From Chitinophagales bacterium (lineage in GTDB: Bacteria; Bacteroidota; Bacteroidia; Chitinophagales; JAUHXS01): a stretch of DNA of 64,000 nt. Location of the stretch: assembly GCA_965213575.1 (NCBI GenBank), contig CBDBZN010000019.1, positions 9,534 through 73,533 on the forward strand, written 5' to 3'. The translations under genes were made by a program, and so were the position numbers. The notes below the pieces were generated by a model. It worked only from the letters and a program-made list of their open reading frames with translations. It was not told the origin of the DNA and searched no databases. This document shows positions 28,259 to 37,971 of this stretch, one piece after another (position 1 is the stretch's first letter; each line of letters begins with the position of its first letter).

Positions 28259-29230
28259 TAAAGCAATCACGATCTTGGATCAGAAGCACTATAGAGCAAA
28301 CCATACGGCTAGCTAAAAAATTCAGTCTTCCCGGGTTTGGCCGTGTGCCTATCTATTATGTAATAGTGTTTTTATTTAAAGAGTTAAAGAAGCAATCGAT
28401 CAATGTAAGAGCATCTGCACTGGCATTTAATTTTTTTTTTAGCACTATTCCCGGCCGTTATATTAATGTTTTCGCTTATTCCCTACATACCGGTAGACAA
28501 TTTAGTTCCTAAACTATTTGAGTATTTAGCTACTTTTCGAAGCATTATTCCACCGCAAGGATATGAACTGATATACACAACAGCTAGCGATATGTTAGAA
28601 AATGGTAGTGGCTTGCTCTCATTTGGTGTTATCGCAACACTTTACTTTGCCACAAATGGCGTAAGCACATTAATGGATTCTTTTGATAAAATCCATCACA
28701 CATTTAAGCGCAGGTCATATTTAAGACAGAAATTAATTGCCTTGCTCTTAACAATATTTCTTATCATCTTCTTTTTAATAATCCTGACTATTGCTTTGGT
28801 CGGCGAATATTATTTGGATAATGCAGCAGAACATATAGGTAATAATATCATTCAGTACCTTATATTTAATATTGCTCATGGCGGCGTGGTAATCTTTCTT
28901 TTTTTCTTTACTATATCCTTCTTATACTACTACGGCCCGGCTGTTCATGAAAAATGGCGGTTCATCACGCCCGGCTCAACGCTAGCAACTATTTTATCAT
29001 TATTGACTTGCTTAGGATTTGCTTATTATGTAGAAAATTTCGGACAGTATAACAAATTTTATGGCTCATTGGGAGCTATTATCATAATTATGATCTGGAT
29101 GTACCTTAACTCTATGATATTAATTATTGGATTTGAGCTCAATGCAGGAATTTATGCTCATAAAGGAACGGCAAAAAACTTAGGCGATTACACCCAACCT
29201 ACCTTATTCGACAACGAGACTGATATCTAG
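28255..29230 (+). pseudogene. YihY/BrkB family membrane protein, split by a frameshift in a T10 run
   Basis: ORF 28255..28512 reads ...ASALAFNFFF then runs out of frame. ORF 28466..29230 continues upstream as ALFPAVILMFSLIPYIPV. T9 instead of T10 (28431-28440) would give AFNFFLALFPAVIL..., the family consensus. Confidence 0.8.
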
Positions 29231-30061
29231 GCTTTTGTAGCCATGAGTCAACGCACCAACAGATACATAATCAACTCCACACTCAGCGTAACTACGAATG
29301 GTTGCTAAAGTGATGCCTCCGGAAGACTCTGTCTCCATTTTTTCACCTATTAACGCTACTGCTTCTTTAGTCAATGCAGGGGTAAAGTTATCAAGCATCA
29401 CCCGGTCTACTTTGCCGGTATGTAGAATTTCCTTAACCTCCTCTATATTACGAGCTTCTACTTCTATGATTAAATCTAAATCATTCTTTTGAAGATACGT
29501 CACCGTTTTCTCAACTGCTTTACTGATTCCGCCGGCAAAATCAATATGATTATCTTTGATCATAATCATATCAAACAAGCCAAATCGATGGTTAACCCCT
29601 CCCCCAATTCGAACAGCTTCTTTTTCAAACCACCGAAACCCGGGAGTGGTTTTACGCGTATCTAATACTTTAGTTTTAAACCCACTTATTTCTAAAACAT
29701 ATTTATTGGTTAGGGTCGCAATACCACTCATTCGCTGCATACAGTTTAACAGCAATCTTTCTGCTTTTAGAATTGCCTGAGCACTGCCGTAAACATCCAT
29801 TAATAAAGTATTGCCAACTAAATGTTCACCGTCTTTATGGTAGGTATGTATATCGATTCCCGAGTCAACGTACGTTAAAATTTTTTCAGCCACTTCCAGC
29901 CCGGCAATAATTCCATCTTCTTTTAAAAGCAACTGAGCCTTGCCTTTTTGATTATTTTCTATACATGCTAAAGAAGTATGGTCGCCTTCTTTTATATCTT
30001 CTATAAAAGCCTGGCGAATAAAAGTATCTAAATCTAAATGGGAATTATTATTCTTCTTCAA
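29204..30061 (-). CDS. nadC: nicotinate-nucleotide pyrophosphorylase (quinolinate phosphoribosyltransferase)
   Basis: LDTRKTTPGFR, GGGVNHRFGLFDMIMIKDNH, LDNF and SGGITL motifs. 285 aa. Confidence 0.9.
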   Translation of the reverse strand: MKKNNNSHLDLDTFIRQAFIEDIKEGDHTSLACIENNQKGKAQLLLKEDGIIAGLEVAEKILTYVDSGIDIHTYHKDGEHLVGNTLLMDVYGSAQAILKAERLLLNCMQRMSGIATLTNKYVLEISGFKTKVLDTRKTTPGFRWFEKEAVRIGGGVNHRFGLFDMIMIKDNHIDFAGGISKAVEKTVTYLQKNDLDLIIEVEARNIEEVKEILHTGKVDRVMLDNFTPALTKEAVALIGEKMETESSGGITLATIRSYAECGVDYVSVGALTHGYKSLDISLVVE

Positions 30062-30434
30062 ACCTCAACTCCTGAATGAGATATCCATCTTTACCTTTAG
30101 AAAGGTATATATATACACGATAACTTTCGTTATCTTCCGTATTTAACTTACCGATGCTATATTTAGCATCTCCACCTGACTCACCTTGATGGATAAATTG
30201 AAAAGATTTGACCTTATGCTTGGTTAAGAAATTCTTAACTATCTGTTCAGCTTGGGTTTTACTATAAGCACCGTCTTCTTTTATAACAGTTATATCAACG
30301 GTTTGATCAAAATATTCTGCTAACTTTTTAGCGTTATTAGTTTTAATTGATAATTCTATATCATTTAATATATCTGAGGTAGCAAAGCTTCCCAGCGAAA
30401 AGAATAATAACAGATATAGTAGTAAATTCTTCAT
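30048..30434 (-). CDS. secreted DUF4783-like protein
   Basis: 128 aa, signal peptide, YSKTQAEQIVKNFL...SFQFIHQGESGGDAKYSIGKL. Overlaps the nadC start. Family assignment is from memory of the Bacteroidota family found beside nadC. Confidence 0.45.
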   Translation of the reverse strand: MKNLLLYLLLFFSLGSFATSDILNDIELSIKTNNAKKLAEYFDQTVDITVIKEDGAYSKTQAEQIVKNFLTKHKVKSFQFIHQGESGGDAKYSIGKLNTEDNESYRVYIYLSKGKDGYLIQELRFEEE

Positions 30435-30580
30435 GTATTGTATTTTATGGCAAAAATTGCCAAAATCATGCCAAATCCAGTTAAATTTATGATAAATGTT
30501 TGGAGAAACAAAAATTATCTTCGAGGCATTAGGAAGTCGTCTATAAAAGATTATTTTTGTTAATATAATAAACTAAAATC

Positions 30581-30934
30581 ATGACTATAAAAAATATAAT
30601 TGCACTCATTACTGTAGCATTAATAATTTTTTGTGTATCGGATAATGGACAAGCCCAAGAATCATCAAAAAGCCCAGAAGAAGCTCAGGCTCCCTTTGAA
30701 AATATTTTATATATAGAAATATATCATGGAGTTAAGGGAATGGTATTGATCAGTGACGGCACCGGCAGCCAAGAAATTATTGAACTAGCTAAAAGCAACG
30801 ACCTCGAAACTGTTAAACAAAATAATATAGCTATCGCTAATATTTTAAATAATCTGTCTGATAATGGTTGGCATCTTGTCTCAACCAACGGTGAATCTAG
30901 CGTTACGCGAATATTTATGACTAGAACACTATAA
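30581..30934 (+). CDS. hypothetical secreted protein
   Basis: 117 aa, N-terminal signal/TM segment, no recognisable motifs. Ends 7 nt before gpmI. Confidence 0.45.
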   Translation: MTIKNIIALITVALIIFCVSDNGQAQESSKSPEEAQAPFENILYIEIYHGVKGMVLISDGTGSQEIIELAKSNDLETVKQNNIAIANILNNLSDNGWHLVSTNGESSVTRIFMTRTL

Positions 30935-30941
30935 GATTATC

Positions 30942-32462
30942 ATGGCTAATAAGGTAGCACTCATTATAATGGACGGATGGGGACATGGAAAAGAAGACCA
31001 CACCAACGCCATCTATAAAGCTTATACTCCTTTTGTAGAGAGCTTATACAAAAGGTATCTCAATTGTGAATTAATTACTCATGGTCAATTAGTAGGGTTA
31101 CCGGAAGGCCAAATGGGCAATTCAGAAGTAGGCCATTTAAATATCGGTGCCGGGCGAATTGTTTATCAAGAATTAGCTCGGATCAATCAAGCTATTAATA
31201 GTGGCGCTTTAGCAGATAATGAGATTTTACAAAAAGCTTTCAACTATGCAAAAACAAACAGAAAGAAAGTCCACTTAATGGGACTCGTTTCTGATGGTGG
31301 TGTCCACTCTCATATTGCTCACTTGAAAGCATTGTGTGACATAGCTCATCAAACAGGTGTTCATAATTTGTATGTTCATGCTTTTACTGATGGGCGAGAT
31401 ACAGATCCTAAAAGTGGAATCAGTTTTTTAACTGATCTACAAAACTACCTTCAACCTAAAAATTATAGCATAGCAAATGTTATTGGCAGATATTATGCGA
31501 TGGATAGAGACAACCGGTGGGAACGGATCAAAGTTGCTTACGACTTGTTAACTGCCGGAGTGGGTGAAGCCACGCATGACATTTTAAAGTCGATGGAAAA
31601 ATCTTATAAAAATGGTGTAACTGATGAATTTATCAAACCTATTATTAAGATTGATGGCAACGGCAATGCATTGACAACTATTGAAGAAGATGATGTTGTA
31701 ATTAGCTTTAACTTCAGAACAGATCGTTGCAGGCAAATTACTCGTGCGTTGACTCAGCAGAATTTTCCTGAATATGGGATGAGTAAAATTGCGCTACATT
31801 ATGTGACTATGACAAAGTATGATGACTCTTTTGAAAACATTTATAATTTATTTGAAGAAGAAAATCTTAAAAATACGCTCGGAGAAGTTTTGGAAAAACA
31901 TAGTAAAAAACAAGTTAGAATTGCCGAAACTGAAAAATACCCGCACGTCACCTTCTTTTTTTCTGGTGGAAGAGAAAAAGAATTTGAAGGAGAAAAGAGG
32001 ATTATGATCCCTTCTCCTAAGGTAGCTACCTATGATCTTCAGCCAACGATGAGTGCAATGAGTCTCAGAGATGCGATTATCAAAGAGCTTAAGACAAAAG
32101 AGCCGGATTTTATTTGTATAAATTTTGCTAACGCAGATATGGTAGGCCATACCGGCATCTTCGATGCAGTAGTAAAAGCTGTAGAAACGGTAGATCAATG
32201 TGTTGAGAAAGTAGTTGATACTGCTCTGGAAAACGGCTATACCATTCTATTAACAGCTGATCACGGCAATGCAGATTTCATGATTAACCCCGATGGATCG
32301 CCAAATACTGCTCACACAAAAAACCCTGTGCCTTTCTTTTCGATAAGCAATAATCAACAGGCTTCTCTTAAAAATGGCAAACTTGCAGATATCGCTCCAA
32401 CCATTTTATCATTAATGGATATTCCTCAACCTTCTGAGATGACCGGGGAAGTTTTGTTATGA
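30942..32462 (+). CDS. gpmI: 2,3-bisphosphoglycerate-independent phosphoglycerate mutase
   Basis: LIIMDGWG, NSEVGHLNIGAGR, SDGGVHSH, TDGRDT and TADHGNA motifs. 506 aa. Confidence 0.95.
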   Translation: MANKVALIIMDGWGHGKEDHTNAIYKAYTPFVESLYKRYLNCELITHGQLVGLPEGQMGNSEVGHLNIGAGRIVYQELARINQAINSGALADNEILQKAFNYAKTNRKKVHLMGLVSDGGVHSHIAHLKALCDIAHQTGVHNLYVHAFTDGRDTDPKSGISFLTDLQNYLQPKNYSIANVIGRYYAMDRDNRWERIKVAYDLLTAGVGEATHDILKSMEKSYKNGVTDEFIKPIIKIDGNGNALTTIEEDDVVISFNFRTDRCRQITRALTQQNFPEYGMSKIALHYVTMTKYDDSFENIYNLFEEENLKNTLGEVLEKHSKKQVRIAETEKYPHVTFFFSGGREKEFEGEKRIMIPSPKVATYDLQPTMSAMSLRDAIIKELKTKEPDFICINFANADMVGHTGIFDAVVKAVETVDQCVEKVVDTALENGYTILLTADHGNADFMINPDGSPNTAHTKNPVPFFSISNNQQASLKNGKLADIAPTILSLMDIPQPSEMTGEVLL

Positions 32463-33046
32463 GTGTAGGGTTTATAATTTATAGTTTAAAGTTTAAAGTT
32501 TTTAATTTAAAGCTTCTTTTCTGTTTAATGTATGTATGTAGTATTTCTACAGGTTGTTATGATCCTGTAGAAAAGACGGACAAACAAATTTACTTTGATA
32601 TGGAGGTGTTTTTCGAAAACGAAATAGAACGTTTGAAAGCTAATAACGTATTTATAAACAAAACTGTAAAACTAAATAATCAGCAAGAAGAGCAAATTAT
32701 TGATAAAATAAATTGGGAAGAGGAGCTTCAGCTATTTATTACTTCTAACATTAATAAGAATGCATTTTACGGAAATTATGATATAGATAGCACTAGCGAG
32801 TTGAATGCTGTTATTTATCGTGCCTTGGATAAAGATTATTTAGTACAGCTTTTAAAAGTGCAATATAACGAGCAACAGGAAATCGCAGCGCTATACATCC
32901 ATCGATCTACACAAAACTATTTTAAAAATGCAACTGAAGTTTTAGAATATATATCTGGACAGCATTACAGAATTCAGAAGCAAGAAAAAATATTATTACA
33001 AGATCCCATACATTACTTTGTAGAAGGAGTTTTTGTCACGCCCTAA
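32459..33046 (+). CDS. hypothetical lipoprotein
   Basis: ATGA overlap with the gpmI stop. Lipobox SISTGC. No recognisable domain. Confidence 0.45.
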   Translation: MSVGFIIYSLKFKVFNLKLLFCLMYVCSISTGCYDPVEKTDKQIYFDMEVFFENEIERLKANNVFINKTVKLNNQQEEQIIDKINWEEELQLFITSNINKNAFYGNYDIDSTSELNAVIYRALDKDYLVQLLKVQYNEQQEIAALYIHRSTQNYFKNATEVLEYISGQHYRIQKQEKILLQDPIHYFVEGVFVTP

Positions 33047-33060
33047 TTTTCTATTTACAT

Positions 33061-34431
33061 TCAATTCTTCAACTCACTGAAATATTTATAAAAATAAGGG
33101 ATCGTTTCAATCCCTTTATAGTAATTGAATAAGCCAAATCTTTCATTAGGTGAGTGAATGGCATCAGTATCTAAGCCAAATCCCATTAAAATTGATTTTA
33201 ATCCTAACTCTTGTTCAAATAGCGAAACGATCGGAATACTCCCTCCTGCCCTTTGAGGCACAGGCTTTTTATTAAAAGTTGTTTCGTAAGCTTTACTAGC
33301 TGCTTTATAAGCCGGTAAATCAAGTGGAGTAACAACTGGCTTGCCTCCATGAAATCTTATAACTTCAACTTTTACCGAACTGGGTGCAATAGTTTTAAAA
33401 TGCTCTTCAAAAAGATCAGCTATTTTATCAGGATCTTGATTGGGAACCAACCTCATAGAAACTTTAGCTTGAGCGTGGGAAGGCAGTACTGTTTTAGAAC
33501 CTGCACCGATATATCCACCCCAAATACCATTTACATCTAAAGAAGGGCGAATGCTAGTCCTCTCTGGAGTACTATATCCTGTTTCTCCCTGTATGTCTGA
33601 AATTTGGATGCTTTTCTTGAAATTTTCTACATCAAAAGGAGCTTTTGCCATTTCAGTCCGTTCTTTTTCTGAAACTACTACTACATCGTCATAAAATCCG
33701 GGGATGGTTATCTTACCGTCTTTATCTTGAAGTTGGCTGACCATATCACATAATATATTAATGGGATTTCCTACAGCGCCACCATAAAAACCGGAATGTA
33801 AATCTCTATTGGGGCCGGTTACCTTTACTTCTAAATAAGCAATGCCACGTAAGCCTGTAGTTACTGATGGCACATCATTGGCAAGCATAGCTGTATCAGA
33901 AATTAATACAATATCTGCTTTAAGTTTCTCTTTATTTTCAGTGATAAATTTTTCCAGATTTTTAGAACCTACTTCCTCTTCACCTTCAATCATAAACTTT
34001 ACATTACATGGCAAAGAATTTGTTTTAAGCATCATTTCAAATGCTTTAAGGTGCATATACATCTGCCCTTTGTCATCACATGAGCCTCTTGCATAAATAT
34101 ACCCGTCTTTTACCACCGGCTCAAATGGTGGAGAAGTCCATAATTCGTAAGGATCAGCAGGCTGCACATCATAATGGCCATAAACTAAAATAGTTGGTTT
34201 ATTTTCATCAATAATTTTCTCACCATATACAACAGGAAACCCTTCAGTCAAGCAAACAGCTGCATGATCAACACCTGCTTTTTCTAATTGTTGCTCTACA
34301 TATTTAGCTGCCTCATACACATCATCACTAAATTCCGGATCAGCACTAACGGATGGTATTTTTAGCAGCTCTAATAATTCCTCTAAAAATCGGCTTTTAT
34401 TTTTTTCTAAATAAGTATTCCAAACTTGCAT
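33061..34431 (-). CDS. M20 family dipeptidase
   Basis: YGHYDVQP, RGSCDDKGQ, EGEEEVGS and HSPNE metal- and catalytic-site motifs. 456 aa. Confidence 0.8.
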   Translation of the reverse strand: MQVWNTYLEKNKSRFLEELLELLKIPSVSADPEFSDDVYEAAKYVEQQLEKAGVDHAAVCLTEGFPVVYGEKIIDENKPTILVYGHYDVQPADPYELWTSPPFEPVVKDGYIYARGSCDDKGQMYMHLKAFEMMLKTNSLPCNVKFMIEGEEEVGSKNLEKFITENKEKLKADIVLISDTAMLANDVPSVTTGLRGIAYLEVKVTGPNRDLHSGFYGGAVGNPINILCDMVSQLQDKDGKITIPGFYDDVVVVSEKERTEMAKAPFDVENFKKSIQISDIQGETGYSTPERTSIRPSLDVNGIWGGYIGAGSKTVLPSHAQAKVSMRLVPNQDPDKIADLFEEHFKTIAPSSVKVEVIRFHGGKPVVTPLDLPAYKAASKAYETTFNKKPVPQRAGGSIPIVSLFEQELGLKSILMGFGLDTDAIHSPNERFGLFNYYKGIETIPYFYKYFSELKN

Positions 34432-34604
34432 ATATTATATTTTAACCAAAAATAATGATATCTAAATAAATAAACGATTTATAAGTATAATTAGAAAAAA
34501 CAGCTAGTTTTAATCTGAAGTTTTGATATTAAAACAATTAACTTCCATTAAAATACAAAGTATTAATAAATACCATATAAAATATTTTATAAATCTAATT
34601 GATT

Positions 34605-34955
34605 ATGGAAGAAGTAAAAGTTTACATTGAATATGTCGCAAAAGGGATTGAAATTATTGGAATCATAACTATTGTAATAGGAACAGTGCTTGCATTGATA
34701 AAGTTTATTTTTAACAGGCAAAATATTAAACCTCGTTCTTATAAAATACTAAGGCAAGAACTAGGAAAATCAATTTTATTAGGATTAGAGATATTAGTTG
34801 CCGGAGATATCATAGCAACCGTTGTTACAGAACCTACTATGCACAATGTTTTAGCGTTAGGTGTGATTGTATTAATCCGAACATTCCTCAGTTTATCCAT
34901 TGAAGTGGAAATTAAAGGAAAATTTCCGTGGCAAAAGGGTGCTGAAGCAAATTAA
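34605..34955 (+). CDS. DUF1622 family small membrane protein
   Basis: IEIIGIITIVIGTVLA... LGKSILLGLEILVAGDIIATV pattern. ATG at 34605 (the ORF track uses TTG at 34599). Confidence 0.5.
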   Translation: MEEVKVYIEYVAKGIEIIGIITIVIGTVLALIKFIFNRQNIKPRSYKILRQELGKSILLGLEILVAGDIIATVVTEPTMHNVLALGVIVLIRTFLSLSIEVEIKGKFPWQKGAEAN

Positions 34956-34976
34956 TCGTTATTAAGCTCTTATTTG

Positions 34977-36860
34977 TTATCCTATTTCCGAAAGCTCCAG
35001 CCATCTAAATGATTTTTCATCAATTTGAGCTACTACTTCACCTAATCGGTTGGAATGTTTTTGTAGTTCTTCATAATTTTCGCCTAACTCCGGCAGCTTT
35101 GTTTCTATATCTTTTTTCTCTTTTTCTAAAACTGCAATTTCCTTTTCCAGTTGCTCAAACTCCAATTTCTCTTTATAAGTAATCTTTTGATTTTTTTCTT
35201 TTTCTATTAGCTTCGGTGGTTCATTTACTACAGGCTTTTTACTTTGTTTAGCAAATTCTTCAGCATCTTCTTTCTCCCACTTATACTCCGTATAGGAGCC
35301 ATTATAATCATTAACGATTCCCTCGCCTTCAAAAATGAATAGATGGTCAACAAGCTTATCCATAAAATATCTATCATGCGAAACTATAATCACACACCCT
35401 TTAAAAGCCAGTAAAAACTCTTCCAATTTAGTTAACGTTAGCAAATCCAAATCATTGGTAGGTTCATCTAAAATCAAAAAATTAGGATTTTTGATCAGAA
35501 CCATCAAGAGATGTAAACGCCTCCTTTCTCCACCGCTTAATTTAGAAACAGGATTATACTGCATTTCCGGTGGGAACATAAAATGTTGTAAAAATTGAGA
35601 AGCGCTCAGTTTTGAACCGTTTCCTAATGTAATGACTTCTGCGACTTCTTTGAGTACTTCAATAACTCGCTTATCTTCTTCAAGCTGTATGCCTTTTTGA
35701 TCGTAATAGCCATAAACAATGGTATCTCCTACATTTATTTTCCCTGAATCAGCTTTTTCTTTACCGGTGATTAAATTTAAAAAGGTTGACTTCCCTACTC
35801 CGTTCTTTCCGACAATCCCTATCCGCTCTCCTTTTTTAAAAGTATAGTCAAATCCTTCCAAAATCTTTAAATTGTCATATTGTTTATAGACTTTTTTCAT
35901 CTCCAACACCTTCCCGCCCACTCGTGACATTTTCATCTCGAGTTTTAATTCTTGTTCTTTAATACCGCTGTTTGCCTTGTCTTTAATTTTAGAAAAAGCA
36001 TCTAATCGAGATTTAGATTTTGTTCCGCGCGCTTTCGGCATGCGGCGCACCCACTCCAGTTCTTTTTTCATTAACTTTCCGGCCTTATCTATTTCTGTCT
36101 GTGTTATGGTTTCTCGCTCAGCTCTTTTTTCGATAAAATAGCTATAGTTGCCGCGATGCCTATATAATTTTCCATTATTTATTTCTAAGATGTTATTGCA
36201 AATCCTATCTAAAAAATAACGATCGTGCGTGACCATAAGCAAAGACATTTTACTTTGCGACAAGTACTTCTCTAACCACTCAATCATTTCAATATCTAGA
36301 TGATTAGTAGGTTCATCTAAAATCAATAACTCAGGGTCATCTAAAAGCACCATCGCTAACGCTAACCTTTTTTTCTGTCCACCCGAAAGTTGAGAAATTG
36401 GCAAACTATAATCATTAATACCAAATTGAGTTAGAATTTGTTTAGCTCTTCGCTCATAATCCCAAGCATTATATTCATCCATTTTGGAAGTAGCCACATC
36501 CAGCATTTGCTGAGTTTGATCGTTATAAGCTTCTGTTTGTGCATTAATAGCTTCTTCATACTCTCTTAAGATGCCTAATACTGTTGAATAAGTACTATTT
36601 ATTAAATCATTGATGGTATGTTGATCATCAAAGGAAGGTTCTTGTTTGAGATAACCGATTTTCAAATCTTTTCTGACAGTTACAGTGCCAGAATCAGGTA
36701 CTTCTTCTCCTGCAATGATTTTAAGCAGGCTGGATTTCCCAGTACCGTTGTTTGCTATTAGGGCTAATTTTTCTCCTTTATTTAAGCCAAAACTAAGATC
36801 CTCAAAAAGGATTTTATCGGCGTAACTCTTTGCAAGGTTTTCTACGAGTATGTAATTCAT
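34977..36860 (-). CDS. ABC-F family ATPase (Uup/EttA-like), two ABC domains plus C-terminal coiled coil
   Basis: Two Walker A sites (NGTGKSS, GKNGVGKST), two LSGG signatures (LSGGQKKR, LSGGERRR), no TM domain, Glu/Lys-rich C-terminal tail. Confidence 0.85.
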   Translation of the reverse strand: MNYILVENLAKSYADKILFEDLSFGLNKGEKLALIANNGTGKSSLLKIIAGEEVPDSGTVTVRKDLKIGYLKQEPSFDDQHTINDLINSTYSTVLGILREYEEAINAQTEAYNDQTQQMLDVATSKMDEYNAWDYERRAKQILTQFGINDYSLPISQLSGGQKKRLALAMVLLDDPELLILDEPTNHLDIEMIEWLEKYLSQSKMSLLMVTHDRYFLDRICNNILEINNGKLYRHRGNYSYFIEKRAERETITQTEIDKAGKLMKKELEWVRRMPKARGTKSKSRLDAFSKIKDKANSGIKEQELKLEMKMSRVGGKVLEMKKVYKQYDNLKILEGFDYTFKKGERIGIVGKNGVGKSTFLNLITGKEKADSGKINVGDTIVYGYYDQKGIQLEEDKRVIEVLKEVAEVITLGNGSKLSASQFLQHFMFPPEMQYNPVSKLSGGERRRLHLLMVLIKNPNFLILDEPTNDLDLLTLTKLEEFLLAFKGCVIIVSHDRYFMDKLVDHLFIFEGEGIVNDYNGSYTEYKWEKEDAEEFAKQSKKPVVNEPPKLIEKEKNQKITYKEKLEFEQLEKEIAVLEKEKKDIETKLPELGENYEELQKHSNRLGEVVAQIDEKSFRWLELSEIG

Positions 36861-36940
36861 GAAAATGACTGTATAGTGGGTTGCAAAGTAAACACTAATT
36901 GTCTAATAAAATATTCTAAAACTAGAATAAGAATGGAAAT

Positions 36941-37540
36941 TTATAAAGACATATGTGCGTAATAACCATCTTCTATTTTTCTGATGATATTTTCAATATC
37001 CCGCTCCTCTTGCACATCGTATTCATATTTTAAACTCGAGCCAAAAATACGGGCAATTCCCTGCCAGAAAAACGCAGAAACACCGCCCTTCATTTCTTTT
37101 ACCACGTTATAAGCAGTACGTTCTGTTTGGCGATCTATTAATTTAATCAAAATCTTGCCTTGCCTAACCGTCATATTTCTAAGGTCACCTTCGAATTGAT
37201 CTTTGAGTTTCAGCTCTAATTCATCCACATATTTCCTCCGATCTTTACCTTTTTCTATTAAACCAAGTTCTTTATCAAGCTCTTGTAATATAATACCTGC
37301 ACGCTGTGCATAAGGATATACCTTCCTAACGTCTCTTTGTAGCCGGGTGTATCTATTTAGCTCGCGTTGGTTTTTCCATGTACGCTGGCCGACAATTGCA
37401 ACTTCAGGCAAATAAATGATAGCTACTGTATCGCCATCTAACATTTTTCCATGGAAAATATTATTGTCAGACTGTGCAGAACAATATGTCGAACATGCTA
37501 TAACAAACAAAAATAAGAGTTGCATTCGATGTTTCATCAT
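36941..37540 (-). CDS. secreted DUF4294-like protein
   Basis: Signal peptide. LPEVAIVGQRTWKNQRELNRYTRLQRDVRKVYPYA pattern recalled from the Bacteroidota DUF4294 family. Confidence 0.45.
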   Translation of the reverse strand: MMKHRMQLLFLFVIACSTYCSAQSDNNIFHGKMLDGDTVAIIYLPEVAIVGQRTWKNQRELNRYTRLQRDVRKVYPYAQRAGIILQELDKELGLIEKGKDRRKYVDELELKLKDQFEGDLRNMTVRQGKILIKLIDRQTERTAYNVVKEMKGGVSAFFWQGIARIFGSSLKYEYDVQEERDIENIIRKIEDGYYAHMSL

Positions 37541-37616
37541 ATCTTATTAAACGTTATTTAATAGAAAAAGTTTGATTTTCAATACCAAATGTTCTATTTT
37601 TAATAAACTGTACATT

Positions 37617-37748
37617 ATGAAACAATCAAAAATTATACCATCTGCATATATCTTTGCATTAATATTTATAGCAAGCATTATTTCTTCATGCGCCGTACCG
37701 ACAAGTTGTGGCAGCACAAAAAAACATCATAAAATGATGAAAAATTAA
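37617..37748 (+). CDS. candidate 43-aa lipoprotein (below the ORF-track threshold)
   Basis: MKQSKIIPSAYIFALIFIASIISSCAVPTSCGSTKKHHKMMKN: n-region, hydrophobic core, lipobox ISSC. The mature part starts CAxxxxC, like the neighbouring small ORF. Confidence 0.35.
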   Translation: MKQSKIIPSAYIFALIFIASIISSCAVPTSCGSTKKHHKMMKN

Positions 37749-37806
37749 GGAAAAAATGTCAATTTTGCTTAATTAAAGCTATCAAAGATATAACAGAAAT
37801 TTTTAC

Positions 37807-37959
37807 ATGAAATATCTCGTATTTAAATATATAAAAGTTGTAGCCGGGCTGGTGCTAACAGCAATGTTTTTTTCTGCTTGTGCTTACTCTAGAAAATGTC
37901 AGGTAAGGCCGATGGAAAATACACAAGCTCCTATCATTTCACCAACTACACAAGTATAA
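37807..37959 (+). CDS. candidate 50-aa lipoprotein (below the ORF-track threshold)
   Basis: MKYLVFKYIKVVAGLVLTAMFFSACAYSRKCQVRPMENTQAPIISPTTQV: lipobox FSAC. The mature part starts CAxxxxC. Confidence 0.35.
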   Translation: MKYLVFKYIKVVAGLVLTAMFFSACAYSRKCQVRPMENTQAPIISPTTQV

Positions 37960-37971
37960 CTCATCTTGCAG

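Noticed and set aside
32483-32511. Four imperfect tandem 7-mers (gtttaaa-like)
   Set aside because: The run lies within the signal-peptide coding part of the lipoprotein gene at 32459. It is imperfect, AT-rich and low-complexity.
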